DNA of 64,000 nt, taken from assembly GCF_963921235.1 (NCBI RefSeq), contig NC_086097.1:220598001-220662000 (forward strand), in the 5' to 3' direction. A program made the position numbers and the translations under genes. The stretch's first letter is position 1. Every line of letters begins with the position of its first letter. The notes beneath the pieces were generated by a model. The model saw nothing but the letters and a program-made list of their open reading frames with translations. It made no database searches and was not told the origin of the DNA. This document shows positions 25,430-36,654 of the stretch, piece by piece. Source of the stretch: Mobula hypostoma (Eukaryota).

Positions 25430-26003
25430 AGTATATGCTAGAAGATGCTAAAAGTAAAGTAGAAATAAGAAGAATTGCCATTGCTAAAACCAACTTCCAA
25501 AAAATGAAACCCATCTTTACCAACAGACACATTTCTATGACAACAAGGCTTAGACTACTAAAATGTTACATCTGGTCAATCTTGCTGTATGCTTCCTAAA
25601 CATAGAGTATAACGCCAGAACGCCAAAAAAAAACTTAGAAGCAACAGAAATGTGGTTTCTTAGAAGAATGCTGAAAATATCATATAGTGATAGGGTAACT
25701 AATTAGACAGTACTCCAACGTGCCCATACAAAAGAATCTTTAATGAGAACATTGAATGAGAGGAAACTTAAAATTCCTGGGGCATGTCATCAGAAAGGGA
25801 AAAATAGAATGCCTTACATTACAAGGCCATATGCCTCGGAAACGCGGAAGAGGAAGGCAAAGAAGAAAAAAAATGGACACTGTGAAAGAACTAACAGATC
25901 AAAGTGTGCGAGGTATCATTGACGCTGCGTGGGATCATTCGATGTGGAAAGCCAGGATAGCCCAAGCTTGTAACGTGCAAGGCACATGAAGAAGTAGTAG
26001 TAT
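25430..26003 (+). mobile_element. RTE-clade LINE 3' fragment
   Basis: EIRRIAIAKTNFQKMK..RLLKCYIWSILLYA, EMWFLRRML, LKFLGHVIRK..KRGRGRQR; GAAGAAGTAGTAG tail. Confidence 0.8.
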
Positions 26004-26069
26004 AGTTTTCAGGCTTGTGGACCTCTACCTCAATTTTATTCATCTTATTCTGGCATCATCCATCATCCT

Positions 26070-26190
26070 TTCCAGACCTGAAACATCAACTGTCTATTCA
26101 TTTCCATAGATGCTGCCTAACCTGCAGAGATCCCCCAGCAGTTTGAGTGTGTTCCTCTGGATTTCCAGCATCTGCAGGATCTCTAGTGTA
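26070..26190 (+). mobile_element. PLE 3' tail remnant starting inside the hammerhead
   Basis: CCTGAAACATCAACTGT...CATAGATGCTGCCT...GGATTTCCAGCATCTGCAG. Confidence 0.7.
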
Positions 26191-26317
26191 GGGAATAGGG
26201 ACAGGCAGGATTTAGGACAAGTAGGTGCCTTCATGTTGTGTAAATGGCCAGTCATCCTTTTCTCGTGACAAGCTCAGATCTGAGAACAGTACCTTCAGGT
26301 GACAAAACAAATAAATG

Positions 26318-26950
26318 AACATAGGACAGGTCAGGCAGCCCTTCAAGTCTATTCAGCCATCCTGTCTGATCATGGCTGATACTCAAGTCCACTTTCCCAC
26401 ACTATCACCATATCCACTGATTCACAATATTTAAAAGCCTATCAATCTTGCAGATCCTTAATGACTGATCATTCATGCTCATTTAAATATTAAGTATTTC
26501 AAAGAATTATAATCCCCTTTATTATTCCAGTCCCACCAGGCTGACCTCTGATTCCAAGTCTATATCCACCAATTCTGAACTTTCCACATTTACTCTGTCG
26601 CTCCCTCGCAGAACCTTATATGACTTGCACAAGATCAGCTGGCATTTTTACAAACTGTAGGCAGCAGAGATCACTTTCAGTAAATTGCTCATCACAGTAT
26701 ACCCCGCCCCCAACCAAAGTCCCAGAAAATCTACACTGCTGTGCCTCTAAGAGCATTACAAATTTTCCTCAGGCAACCCAAAACTACTCCTTTACCAAAT
26801 CCACGTTCTCAGTACTTTGGAGTACCAACCCCCTTGAAATAAGGGCAAGTATAAGTTGCTCTTTCATAATCAGCAATTATACATGCAACTTTACTTTCTG
26901 CTTCTCCTTAACCAATATGCATACCCTCTGTGCACAAATATCCTATCATT
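26318..26950 (-). mobile_element. Old CR1 3' fragment
   Basis: GAACATAGG...GGCAGCCCTTCAAGTCT...GATCATGGCTGAT 3' end plus decayed RT sequence. Confidence 0.55.
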
Positions 26951-27269
26951 TAAAATAATTCTACTTGTATTTTCCCCACACTGTACACCATTTACCATTA
27001 TCTTGCCCTCTTACTTAACCTCCGAGTCCTCCGCAGTCTAGATACATTGAGTGAAAAGACAGTGTAAATTGTGGACAGCTCTGGCACCTTACAGTAATAG
27101 ACTTATCAGTGTCTGTGAGGCTACATAACCACAAGGTTAAAAACAATGGAAAATAAACTGCTGAAGGCAAGTCTAAGTAAATATTTGTTTTGAAGTCTAA
27201 TCACACATGATAGCAGTTGAAAGGACAAAACATCTTTAAATAGACATTTATTGCATCTCCGAATTGTCT

Positions 27270-27460
27270 TTTTTCTCTCTTGTGGGAATGGCAGTGAGCA
27301 ACCTTTTTGAATCTCTGCAGTCCTTCTAGTGAATAGCCTTCCACAAGGGCCTGTTGGAGAGGGAGTTCCACAACTTTGATCCATCAATGATGAAGGAAAG
27401 ATGTTATATTTCCAAGTCAGGGTGGTGTACCATGTTGAGGGGAATCCAAAGATACTGGTG
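27270..27460 (-). mobile_element. Old CR1-type 3' fragment
   Basis: YTTLTWKYNIFPSSL; homologous to 2248-2445. Confidence 0.55.
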
Positions 27461-28659
27461 TTCCATGGCACCTGAAACTCTTAACCAACTTATCTTTCAA
27501 AAATCTGAGCAGATGGCCCCAGGACATTTTATGGTCCACATGCATTGCTGCCACATGGTGCTGGGCAATGGAATGGTTTCAGGAAGGCTTATCAAAGAAT
27601 TTATCCTGGGTAATGGTGAGCTTTGAGACTTGTCAGAACTGCACTCACAAGTCTCTACATGGAGGATACACAGCTTCTAATCTACTCATGTAGCTACGTG
27701 AAGTAATGTCCCAGGATGCAGATGAAGGCAATGCCACTGAATGTCTGATAATTAATCTTGCCTTTCTCCCTCACACATTCCACTTTTAATCAATACCAGT
27801 TACTGGTAGTAGTCCATTTTGTTTTTGCTTTGGAAATTCACTGACCATTTTCAAGTCAAGTAAAGTTTTTTGTCATTTAACTATATGCATGTATATAACA
27901 ATATAATGTGTACAGAAATGAGACATTTCTCCAAATCAGGGTGACTGAGACATCTCTATACATGTCCAACTCAGACACATGCCAAATGACGAGTTGAATA
28001 TATGCAACAGATTTGTACATATCTACACTTTCACCACTGGTTGTGTCAGTAATACAACAACCTAAACTGCATTTGTGCCCCAATATTTCCGAATCTTAAC
28101 TGCTTCAGTGTGTGGTTTGTATCTACTATAACTCAGGCAGTTCCCTTGCGGAAACAATCACTGATTCGCTACCAGTAGTCTGTCATACTTCATAAAAAAT
28201 GAACAGAAACTACACATGAAACAGTATTTTACCATTAAATCTCATCCAAAAGCATTCAAGATGTGGAACAAGCAAGGGGACTACTAATATATTCAACATT
28301 GAAATGCAGTTACACAAATCAGTGTCAAATTCAATTAGAATAATTTATGAGTATCTTCATTCAGTCACATACAGTGAATGTTTCCCACTTAATACTTGGT
28401 CTAATGTATACTAACTAGCGGTGTAACTTGCTTACACCAACACTACTTCAGTGAAACAAAGTGCCTAATACAATTAGTACAATAACTTATCAGACTCTGC
28501 TCAACAAATCTTTATTATCCATTGATTTATTATCTGCAGATGTACATATTAAATTGACTGTGTTTTACTGGGAGAGTTGATAAACATATTGCGTTCCTAT
28601 ACAGCCACCTTGTGTGTTAACCATTGAATCCTGTTTGCCACATGATGCTGTCAAATAAT

Positions 28660-29060
28660 GAAGCATCACCCCACCACCCAGGACATGCCCTCTTCTCGAT
28701 ATTACCATCAGGAAGGAGGTACAGAATCCTGAAGACACACATCAGAAATTCAGGAACAGCTTTTTCCCCTGTGCCATCCAGTTTCAAAATGGACATTGAA
28801 ACCATGAACACGATCTCACTAATTTTTTTAAATTCTGTTTTTACACTGTTTATCTTCATTTAACTCTTTATTGTGTGTGTGTCTCTCTCTCTCTCTATAT
28901 ATATTATACACACATACACACACATACATATATACACACACACACTCACTGTCATTCATTTTTCCTCTATATTTATCATGTACTGCATTGTACTGCACTG
29001 CAAAGTTAACAAATATTACGATATATGCTGGTGATATTAAACCTGATTCCGATCATGATC
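28660..29060 (+). mobile_element. Rex1/Babar 3' end with compound dinucleotide microsatellite (28872-28948)
   Basis: PHHPGHALFSILPSGRRYRILKTH; ATTAAACCTGATTCCGATC tail. Confidence 0.8.
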
Positions 29061-29336
29061 AACAGCACGTGTGCAGCGTGAAACCAGGTCTGAACTGTGG
29101 GCTGGAGGTGTGACTACAGCCAGGATCAGGAACATCAGCGATCAGGAAAATGGAGAGATTGACAGCAGAAGTCAGAGCCCAGCATGTTTTAACAAACTGA
29201 AATTTACATAGAAGAGGTTACATCCATGAGCATTGACCACAGAGGTTACATCACTGTCACCAGCCTTATTGGTATCAACATTTTTTTAAGCACAAAAAGT
29301 CATGCACCACCCTCATGAGAGCAAGAGCTTAATTCA

Positions 29337-29473
29337 TTGTGTCCTGATGAAGAGTCTCTGCCTGAAACGTCGACTGTACTCTTTTCCATACATGCTGCCT
29401 GGCCTGCAGAGTTCCTCCAGCATTCCGTGTGTGTTGCTTGGATTTCCAGTATCTGCCGAGTTTCTCTTGCTTC
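29337..29473 (+). mobile_element. 137-bp PLE mini-insertion (hammerhead + tail) with 13-bp TSD
   Basis: GTC CTGATGA AGAGTCTCTGCCT GAAA CGTC GAC; TSD AGAGCTTAATTCA at 29324-29336 and 29474-29486. Confidence 0.9.
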
Positions 29474-29789
29474 AGAGCTTAATTCACTTTTATTTTTATG
29501 TTCAAATCGAGCTGTTTAACTACCAGCAGCCCCAAGTGATCGGGGCTTACTTTATTTACGATCTCCATACATACTCTGCATGATTGTGGCATCCAAAACA
29601 ACTTGAAGTCAGATGCCAGCAATTTTAACCTCTTTCTTTGCTGGTACTGGAGACGGGCTGGATATCCTTTGCCTGCTACTCTTCAGTAACGTCCTGGGAC
29701 CGGTGCTCAGAGAGCAACTCCATTCGTTTGAAAGGTGTTGCCAACCCAGTGGACATATAGATAGATAGGTAGATAGATAGATAGATAAA

Positions 29790-30585
29790 TGTAAGTGCAG
29801 AGAAGACTCAGAGTTACTTTATTTGTTGGTTGATAAGTATGGCTTTCTTCATCAAAATATAATAGAAAAAACAGCTTATAACTGGTGGTATGTGCTTTCA
29901 GGCTTTTGTATCTTCCATCCAATGGGAAAGGGGAAAGGGATGATATCCGAGGTAGGTGGGGTCTTTGATTATGCCAGCTGCTTTACTGAGGGAGTGACAA
30001 GTATAAACAGAGTACATGGAGGGGAGGCTGTTTCCTGTGTGTGCTGAGCTTTGCCCAGAACTCTCTGCAGTTTCTTGCGGTCACATGCAGATCAGATGGA
30101 TAACGGCTTGGTATGACAACTGCTCTGCATGTAACCACAAGACGCTGCAGAGTGTTCTGGACACAGCCCAACAAGTCACAGGAGCCAGCCTTCCTTCGAT
30201 ATAGACTCTGTCTATGCTTCTTGCTGACTTCAGGAAAGCAGCCAGCATAATTAAAAAGCCCACCCACCCTGCATATTCTCACCTCCCCTCTCCCATCAGG
30301 CAGGAGATACAAAAGCCTGAAATCACATACCACCAGGCTCACGGACAGCTTCCATGCCAATGTTATCAGACTCTTGTACCATAAGGTGTACTCTTGTCCT
30401 CACAATCTACCTCATTATGATCTTGAACTGCACTCTCACTGTAGCTTTTTACACTTTATTCCACATGGTTATTAATACTTTATTCTTGCTTAATGCACTG
30501 TGCAATGATTTGATCTGTATAGACAGTGTGCAGGACAAGCTTTTCACTGTATCTTGGTACATGTGACAATAATGAACCAATACCT
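29790..30585. mobile_element. Rex1/Babar 3' fragments in inverted arrangement (minus ~29790-30085, plus ~30090-30585)
   Basis: GRYKSLKAHTT on minus; ITAWYDNCSACNHKTLQSV and GRRYKSLKSHTTRL on plus; (GATA)n adjacent at 29757-29787. Confidence 0.7.
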
Positions 30586-30639
30586 ATAATGACTTAAATA
30601 TTTTTACTGTTTATAATGTCTCTGAGGTGGTTGGTATAT

Positions 30640-31510
30640 AACATCAGGAGCCATGGTTTCGGGATATTAGCATGGATTGAGAATTAGTTATTGATCATAA
30701 GTATATAAATTAGGAATTAATGACCTCTCTTCAGGCTGGCAAGTTCTGACTAATGGAGGGGAAGGAACAGTGCTTTGGACTTCAGCCATTTGCAGTTTAA
30801 ATCACTGGCCTGGGCAAGGAGATTTTGCATAATATATGTAAGTTGTCTAATGATAAATGTTAGGTAAGAAAGTAAACTGTATGGAATATGCCAAATTAGC
30901 TACAAAGAAATACAGATGACTTACATGATTGAGAAAATGAATTGTTACTTGAGAAGATGTAATTATCCACCTCAGGAGAAAATTGGAAAAAACAAATTTA
31001 AGAGAAAGCAGTTAGAAGAAATAAAAATCAGTAAGATCTTCAGTTATTCAGAAGGATTTGAATTTTTTTTATAATCAAAGAAAGCCTACATGAACATAAG
31101 AGCAAACAATTAGGAAGGCAAATAGAACATAGCTTTTACTGATTTCTTTCTGCTTTTACACAGGTCTTTGGTGTGGCTATATTTCAACAACTCTGCACAG
31201 TCCTTTCACCTTTGAAGAAAAGTAGTGAAAATTTGTTGCATTGATTCCCTGATGCAAGAGGTCTGTCCTGTAGGAAAAGTTACACAGCATGACTGTAATG
31301 GGAAGAAAAGTGAGTACTAGTCTCCTGAAACAAAGATTCTTGGAGGTCTGACCGGGAAAATGCAAGTGGTAATTTCCTTTGCCCGAAGTAGAACTGAGAT
31401 ACAAGCTCAGAATGAGGGTTCGATCATTTAGTTCTGACAAAAGGAGTAATTTCTCCACAAGGATACAGTTAATCAATCAATATGTACATTCAAAATTGAG
31501 ATAGATGGGG
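30640..31510 (+). mobile_element. Highly degenerate CR1 RT region
   Basis: Remnants of WIEN.L, VIH.RRK and ..LIP..RGLS motifs in CR1 order. Confidence 0.5.
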
Positions 31511-32024
31511 TTTTAAGCTCCAAATGGATCATTGGCCAAGTTATGATTCATTTAAGTACACTGTTAGGATGCAGATGACAATGAGATAGTCAACAGAAGC
31601 CCAATTAAGTCAAGGATGAGCATTTCTAAATTTTAGATGGCCAGAGTACAGTGCTCATACAGTGTAATACTTGTGGAATAAAACATTGACCGTCTGTCTA
31701 AGAGCAAAATGGTGTTCAGCTCTTCTGAGAGGCTGGCATGGCCATTTTATTATTGCAGAAATGGCGGATGGAGATACACATTATACGGACATCAAATACA
31801 TAATTGATAACCAAACAGTAGAATTTCAAATAATCTGCTCTCAACAAATCCTACCACTTATTGGGGTGCAATGCCAACCACTGAAACATTTTCTTTACTG
31901 GAGATTTTGGTTGGGAACAATGGTTCAGTACCACATTATACATCAGGACCAATAACCAAAATGCTGTTGCCTTTTAAAATAAAAGAGTACTTTTTCCTAT
32001 ACAGCATTACCATATTATTTCATT

Positions 32025-33427
32025 CAACACACATCAAAGTTGCTGGTGAACGCAGCAGGCCAAGCAGCATCTATAGGAAGAGGCGCAGTCGACGTTTCAG
32101 GCCGAGACCCTTCGTCAGGACTAACTGAAGGAAGAGTGAGTAAGGGATTTGAAAGCTGGAGGGGGAGGGGGAGATGCAAAATGATAGGAGAAGACAGGAG
32201 GGGGAGGGATAGAGCCGAGAGCTGGACAGGTGATAGGCAAAAGGGGATACGAGAGGATCATGGGACAGGAGGTCCGGGAAGAAAGACGGGGGGGGGTGAC
32301 CCAGAGGATGGGCAAGAGGTATATTCAGAGGGACAGAGGGAGAAAAAGGAGAGTGAGAGAAAGAATGTGTGCATAAAAATGAGTAACAGATGGGGTACGA
32401 GGGGGAGGTGGGGCCTAGCGGAAGTTAGAGAAGTCAATGTTCATGCCATCAGGTTGGAGGCTACCCAGACGGAATATAAGGTGTTGTTCCTCCAACCTGA
32501 GTGTGGCTTCATCTTTACAGTAGAGGAGGCCGTGGATAGACATGTCAGAATGGGAATGGGATGTGGAATTAAAATGTGTGGCCACTGGGAGATCCTGCTT
32601 TCTCTGGCGGACAGAGCGTAGATGTTCAGCAAAGCGGTCTCCCAGTCTGCGTCGGGTCTCACCAATATATAAAAGGCCACATCGGGAGCACCGGACGCAG
32701 TATATCACCCCAGTCGACTCACAGGTGAAGTGATGCCTCACCTGGAAGGACTGTTTGGGGCCCTGAATGGTGGTAAGGGAGGAAGTGTAAGGGCATGTGT
32801 AGCGCTTGTTCCGCTTACACGGATAAGTGCCAGGAGGGAGATCAGTGGGGAGGGATGGGGGGGACGAATGGACAAGGGAGTTGTGTAGGGAGCGATCCCT
32901 GTGGAATGCAGAGAGAGGGGGGGAGGGAAAGATGTGCTTAGTGGTGGGATCCCGTTGGAGGTGGCGGAAGTTACGGAGAATAATATGTTGGACCCGGAGG
33001 CTGGTGGGGTGGTAGGTGAGGACCAGGGGAACCCTATTCCTAGTGGGGTGGTGGGAGGATGGAGTGAGAGCAGATGTACGTGAAATGGGGGAGATACGTT
33101 TAAGAGCAGAGTTGATAGTGGAGGAAGGGAAGCCCCTTTCTTTAAAAAATGAAGACATCTCCCTCGTCCTAGAATGAAAAGCCTCATCCTGAGAGCAGAT
33201 GCGGCGGAGACGGAGGAATTGCGAGAAGGGGATGGCGTTTTTGCAAGAGACAGGGTGAGAAGAGGAATAGTCCAGATAGCTGTGAGAGTCAGTAGGCTTA
33301 TAGTAGACATCAGTGGATAATGTCGACTGCGCCTCTTCCTATAGATGCTGCTTGGCCTGCTGCGTTCACCAGCAACTTTGATGTGTGTTGCTTGTATTTC
33401 CAGCATCTGCAGAATTCCTGTTGTTTG
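32025..33427 (-). mobile_element. Young PLE insertion (RT C-terminus + GIY-YIG) with inverted terminal copy; perfect 14-bp TSD
   Basis: ORF 32415-33158 encodes the GIY-YIG region; perfect 69-bp inverted repeat 32025-32093 / 33322-33390; TSD CATATTATTTCATT at 32011-32024 and 33428-33441. Confidence 0.96.
32086..32123 (-). ncRNA. Minimal type I hammerhead ribozyme, intact core
   Basis: TAGTC CTGACGA AGGGTCTCGGCCT GAAA CGTC GACTG. Confidence 0.8.
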
Positions 33428-36350
33428 CATATTATTTCATTGTTTGGTATCAAACACAAATTCAGTGCATACAATATTATTTACAGAATTTATTAAATTT
33501 CATCCACGTGTATAACTCATATCAATTGAAACATGCTACATTTTGAAGCTATATATTTGGAATATACCAAGTTTGCAACAAAACGAGGTAACTAATGATC
33601 CATCACTGAAATAGAACAGCGTAGAAAATTAATAAGTGATCTGCTTTAAACCAAAATTCCTTTAAGTAACAATAAGATTGCCAAGTGGATTCCATTCCTC
33701 AGTCAGCCATTTTACTTGTATGAAAGTTTACAATTTAGGTCATGGAATACTGCAGCAAGTACAAACTGCAGAGTATTTTTAAAAAAATATTTCTTGTGAC
33801 AGTGAATTAGCCAGTTGTGATTGATTCTGTACTCTCAGTGAAGGAAAAAATTGTTAGAGGGCATTTTCCTGACGTTTAAGATAAAGGAATCTTTCAATAC
33901 TACAGCACACACCTTGAAAATGAAGATAATGTAACTTGATTACTTTCTACCATTGTATCATCTAAAATCAAAACACACAAAGAGCACACAGCTTCAATGG
34001 ACTCTAATATTTTAACTTCCACAATCTTAAAATTTGCAGCTTCAAGAAAGCAAATTGCTAAAAGCTGAAACATGCCAATCAATCATTTTCTGACAGTCAC
34101 TAAACCAAAAAAAATTGCATTCACAGGTGCAGGTCTTTTTACACTTGAACTAATAATTTCCTGGTGCAGGCAAAAGAAAACAAAGTCTTTAAATTGGATC
34201 TAACAGCCTTCCTTCTACCACTATTTGCACATCCACCAGCATTACCAGCATATGTGCGCACACAGATAAATTAATGAAACACCATCCTATCTCTTGCATA
34301 TGCATTTTTAAATTTAAGTTAATTAATTTCTGCTTCTCTAATCTTAGATTTTTATTCCCTTTCTTTCACTTCTCCATCTGGTCTCATTTTAGCCCAGATG
34401 GTAAAACCACCTGGATCTCTGCACAACTGCTTTCAAAAAAAAAATCATTTAATACAAGCACACTTTCCGCATGGGTCGCTCTCCTTGCCCCAGGTGAAGT
34501 AGTAGCTCAGCCAAGAACAAATAAACCTCATCCACTGAGTACAGCTGTTTACGGAAAAGAATATCCAACAAGTCAACATTTCAGAATATTTAAGTTATTG
34601 GTGTGCATACTCAATGTAATGATTCAGCCTGGTAATTATAGCGATAAATTCAGAAAGGGTTTTTAGCTTTTTAAAATCAAGAATCATCAACTAGGAGTTT
34701 AAATCACAAGCATTGGCTCACGCGGAATAAAATGACTACTGTATAAAGGCACAAGCTCTAAGGCCACACTCTGTTAATAAATTTTCATTCAGATTTATCC
34801 CGACTGAAATTTAAAGATTTTAATTTGAACAAAGAAATGAACTTTGTCGCTGCTATTAGGAACCCTGATACAATGAAAAGCTGAGCTTGAATGTTATGTG
34901 CATTTCCTACAAGTAGCCACCATCTAAATAAGGAAAACATCAACAAACTGAGGAAGAGAAGTTGCAGATCATCTCCTCTGACATCTGTCCAGTACTATAG
35001 CTGGAAAGATAGCCATTCATAGTACCGCATCTAATCAGAGGTCCTTTAGCAATCAGTAAAGCGAAACACTGAAAACTCCAGTGGCTTCTTTACCAAATAC
35101 TAAAAAATACTCTCTTTAGTGAAAATAGCGATCTTAAGATTGGAAAAACTATGCTACACCCAGCTTCAGATTGCAAACTGAAACTAAATGCAAGTTTTAA
35201 AATATTTTCAAACACATGTTTGATCAATATTTCATCAGATTTGCTCATATGCGAAACAACTTCTATTCTGTGCAACACTGAGAAATTGGTCCACAAATTG
35301 TTCCATCTTTGAAATGGAGTGTTAAACCTAACTCGTGGTTGTTCTGTGAGGCGGACATGAAACATTCCATGATATGATTCGAAGAGCAAGATACAAGTCA
35401 TTATTTATTTCATAACTCTAAAATAGGTCACCTAACCTTCCTATCTGAAATGCTGTCACATATTTGCCCAGATTAAAATACCAAGACTATTCATTTAGGG
35501 TTGCTCCAACAATATGAAAAGTTCTATAATTTACACAACATCTTTCCTTCTACAATACGATGGTCTTTAAGAACTACATCGGATTTGTGCACCAATTCTA
35601 AACTGTTAATGTCTACAAGCAAAACTGTCACACTTTAACGTACCTTGGCTCTACTCCAAAAACACCCCTAGGGCATTTCGGTCACAGTATGATTGACAGT
35701 CTTCAGACATTATTCTCTTCACTCTGCCAAAAAAGAACATGTAACAACATTAATCTGAATAATACACTCATAACCCAATCCCTTACATAAACTGCAAACT
35801 GCTCAATTTAACTAGAGCAGTATAATTATTGTGCTTACGTCTTTGGTCTAAGCTCCAAATAAATTGTATAGAATTATACTTCCTATTATACTACTTAGTA
35901 AATTAAAGCATTGAAATTAATTTGAGGAAGAACTGGTTGGGTCTCCATACTATGACAGAAGTTTGCCTCAGTTGAGCCAAAAACTGAACATATTGAGGCC
36001 ACTGTGCATTCAACTCTTGTCTGAAATCCAGTCACATAATGATAAGCAAGACAGGAGTTTCCGCCCCACTAACCTTTTGGGTCATGGATCCCAAATGTGG
36101 ATGAAGCCCAGAATTGTTAAAAAATGATATTCCCCAATTTAAGTCTCTGAAGCATAACAGAATGTGTACATTAGTGAATTTATCTAACATTTCTTCATAG
36201 GCCAGAATATCTTTCTAAAGATTCAGCTCCTAAAATTGATGTGGTCGAACTGGAACCTCCCTTTGCAGCAGCGTATCAATGACACCATATACCCTACTTT
36301 AGTCACTTCAAATATATTTGGAGTTGCAAACTATGACCTAGATTTAGTAG

Positions 36351-36410
36351 CTGTAAAATTATAGTGAGTAACTATAATTATAGTGAGTAAACTAAAATTA
36401 TAGCGAGTAT
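36351..36410 (+). repeat. Tandem repeat, ~20 bp x3
   Basis: (ACTAWAATTATAGYGAGTAA) x3, imperfect. Confidence 0.8.
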
Positions 36411-36654
36411 GCTTATGTGTTGATACGCAATTTCTGCCATATTATGCTAACCTATCTTCGTGCCCAGATTATTCTCCTTTCTCCCTTCTTAAGGAACATA
36501 AAATCCTTTGCTTCCCAAAGCAATGAAATAGTTCTGGAAATGGGGGCATTTACAACATGTTCTCATCTTTGGCTGTTCTTTTGTATAAAACCCTGGATTG
36601 GAAAACACCAGGTCTGGGAATCTGTCACCCTTTACTGTCACTATGTTCTTTATT

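Noticed and set aside
32040..32621. Recurring peptides such as MLVNAAGQAASIGRG... and SPDEGSRPETST in many ORFs
   Set aside because: They are sense/antisense translations of the PLE 3' UTR and hammerhead, not a protein family
32025..33427. DNA transposon interpretation (terminal inverted repeats + TSD)
   Set aside because: The inverted repeats are duplicated retroelement 3' ends of variable length; the interior encodes RT/GIY-YIG, not a transposase
36351..36410. CRISPR-like array
   Set aside because: Contiguous tandem repeat without unique spacers, in eukaryotic context
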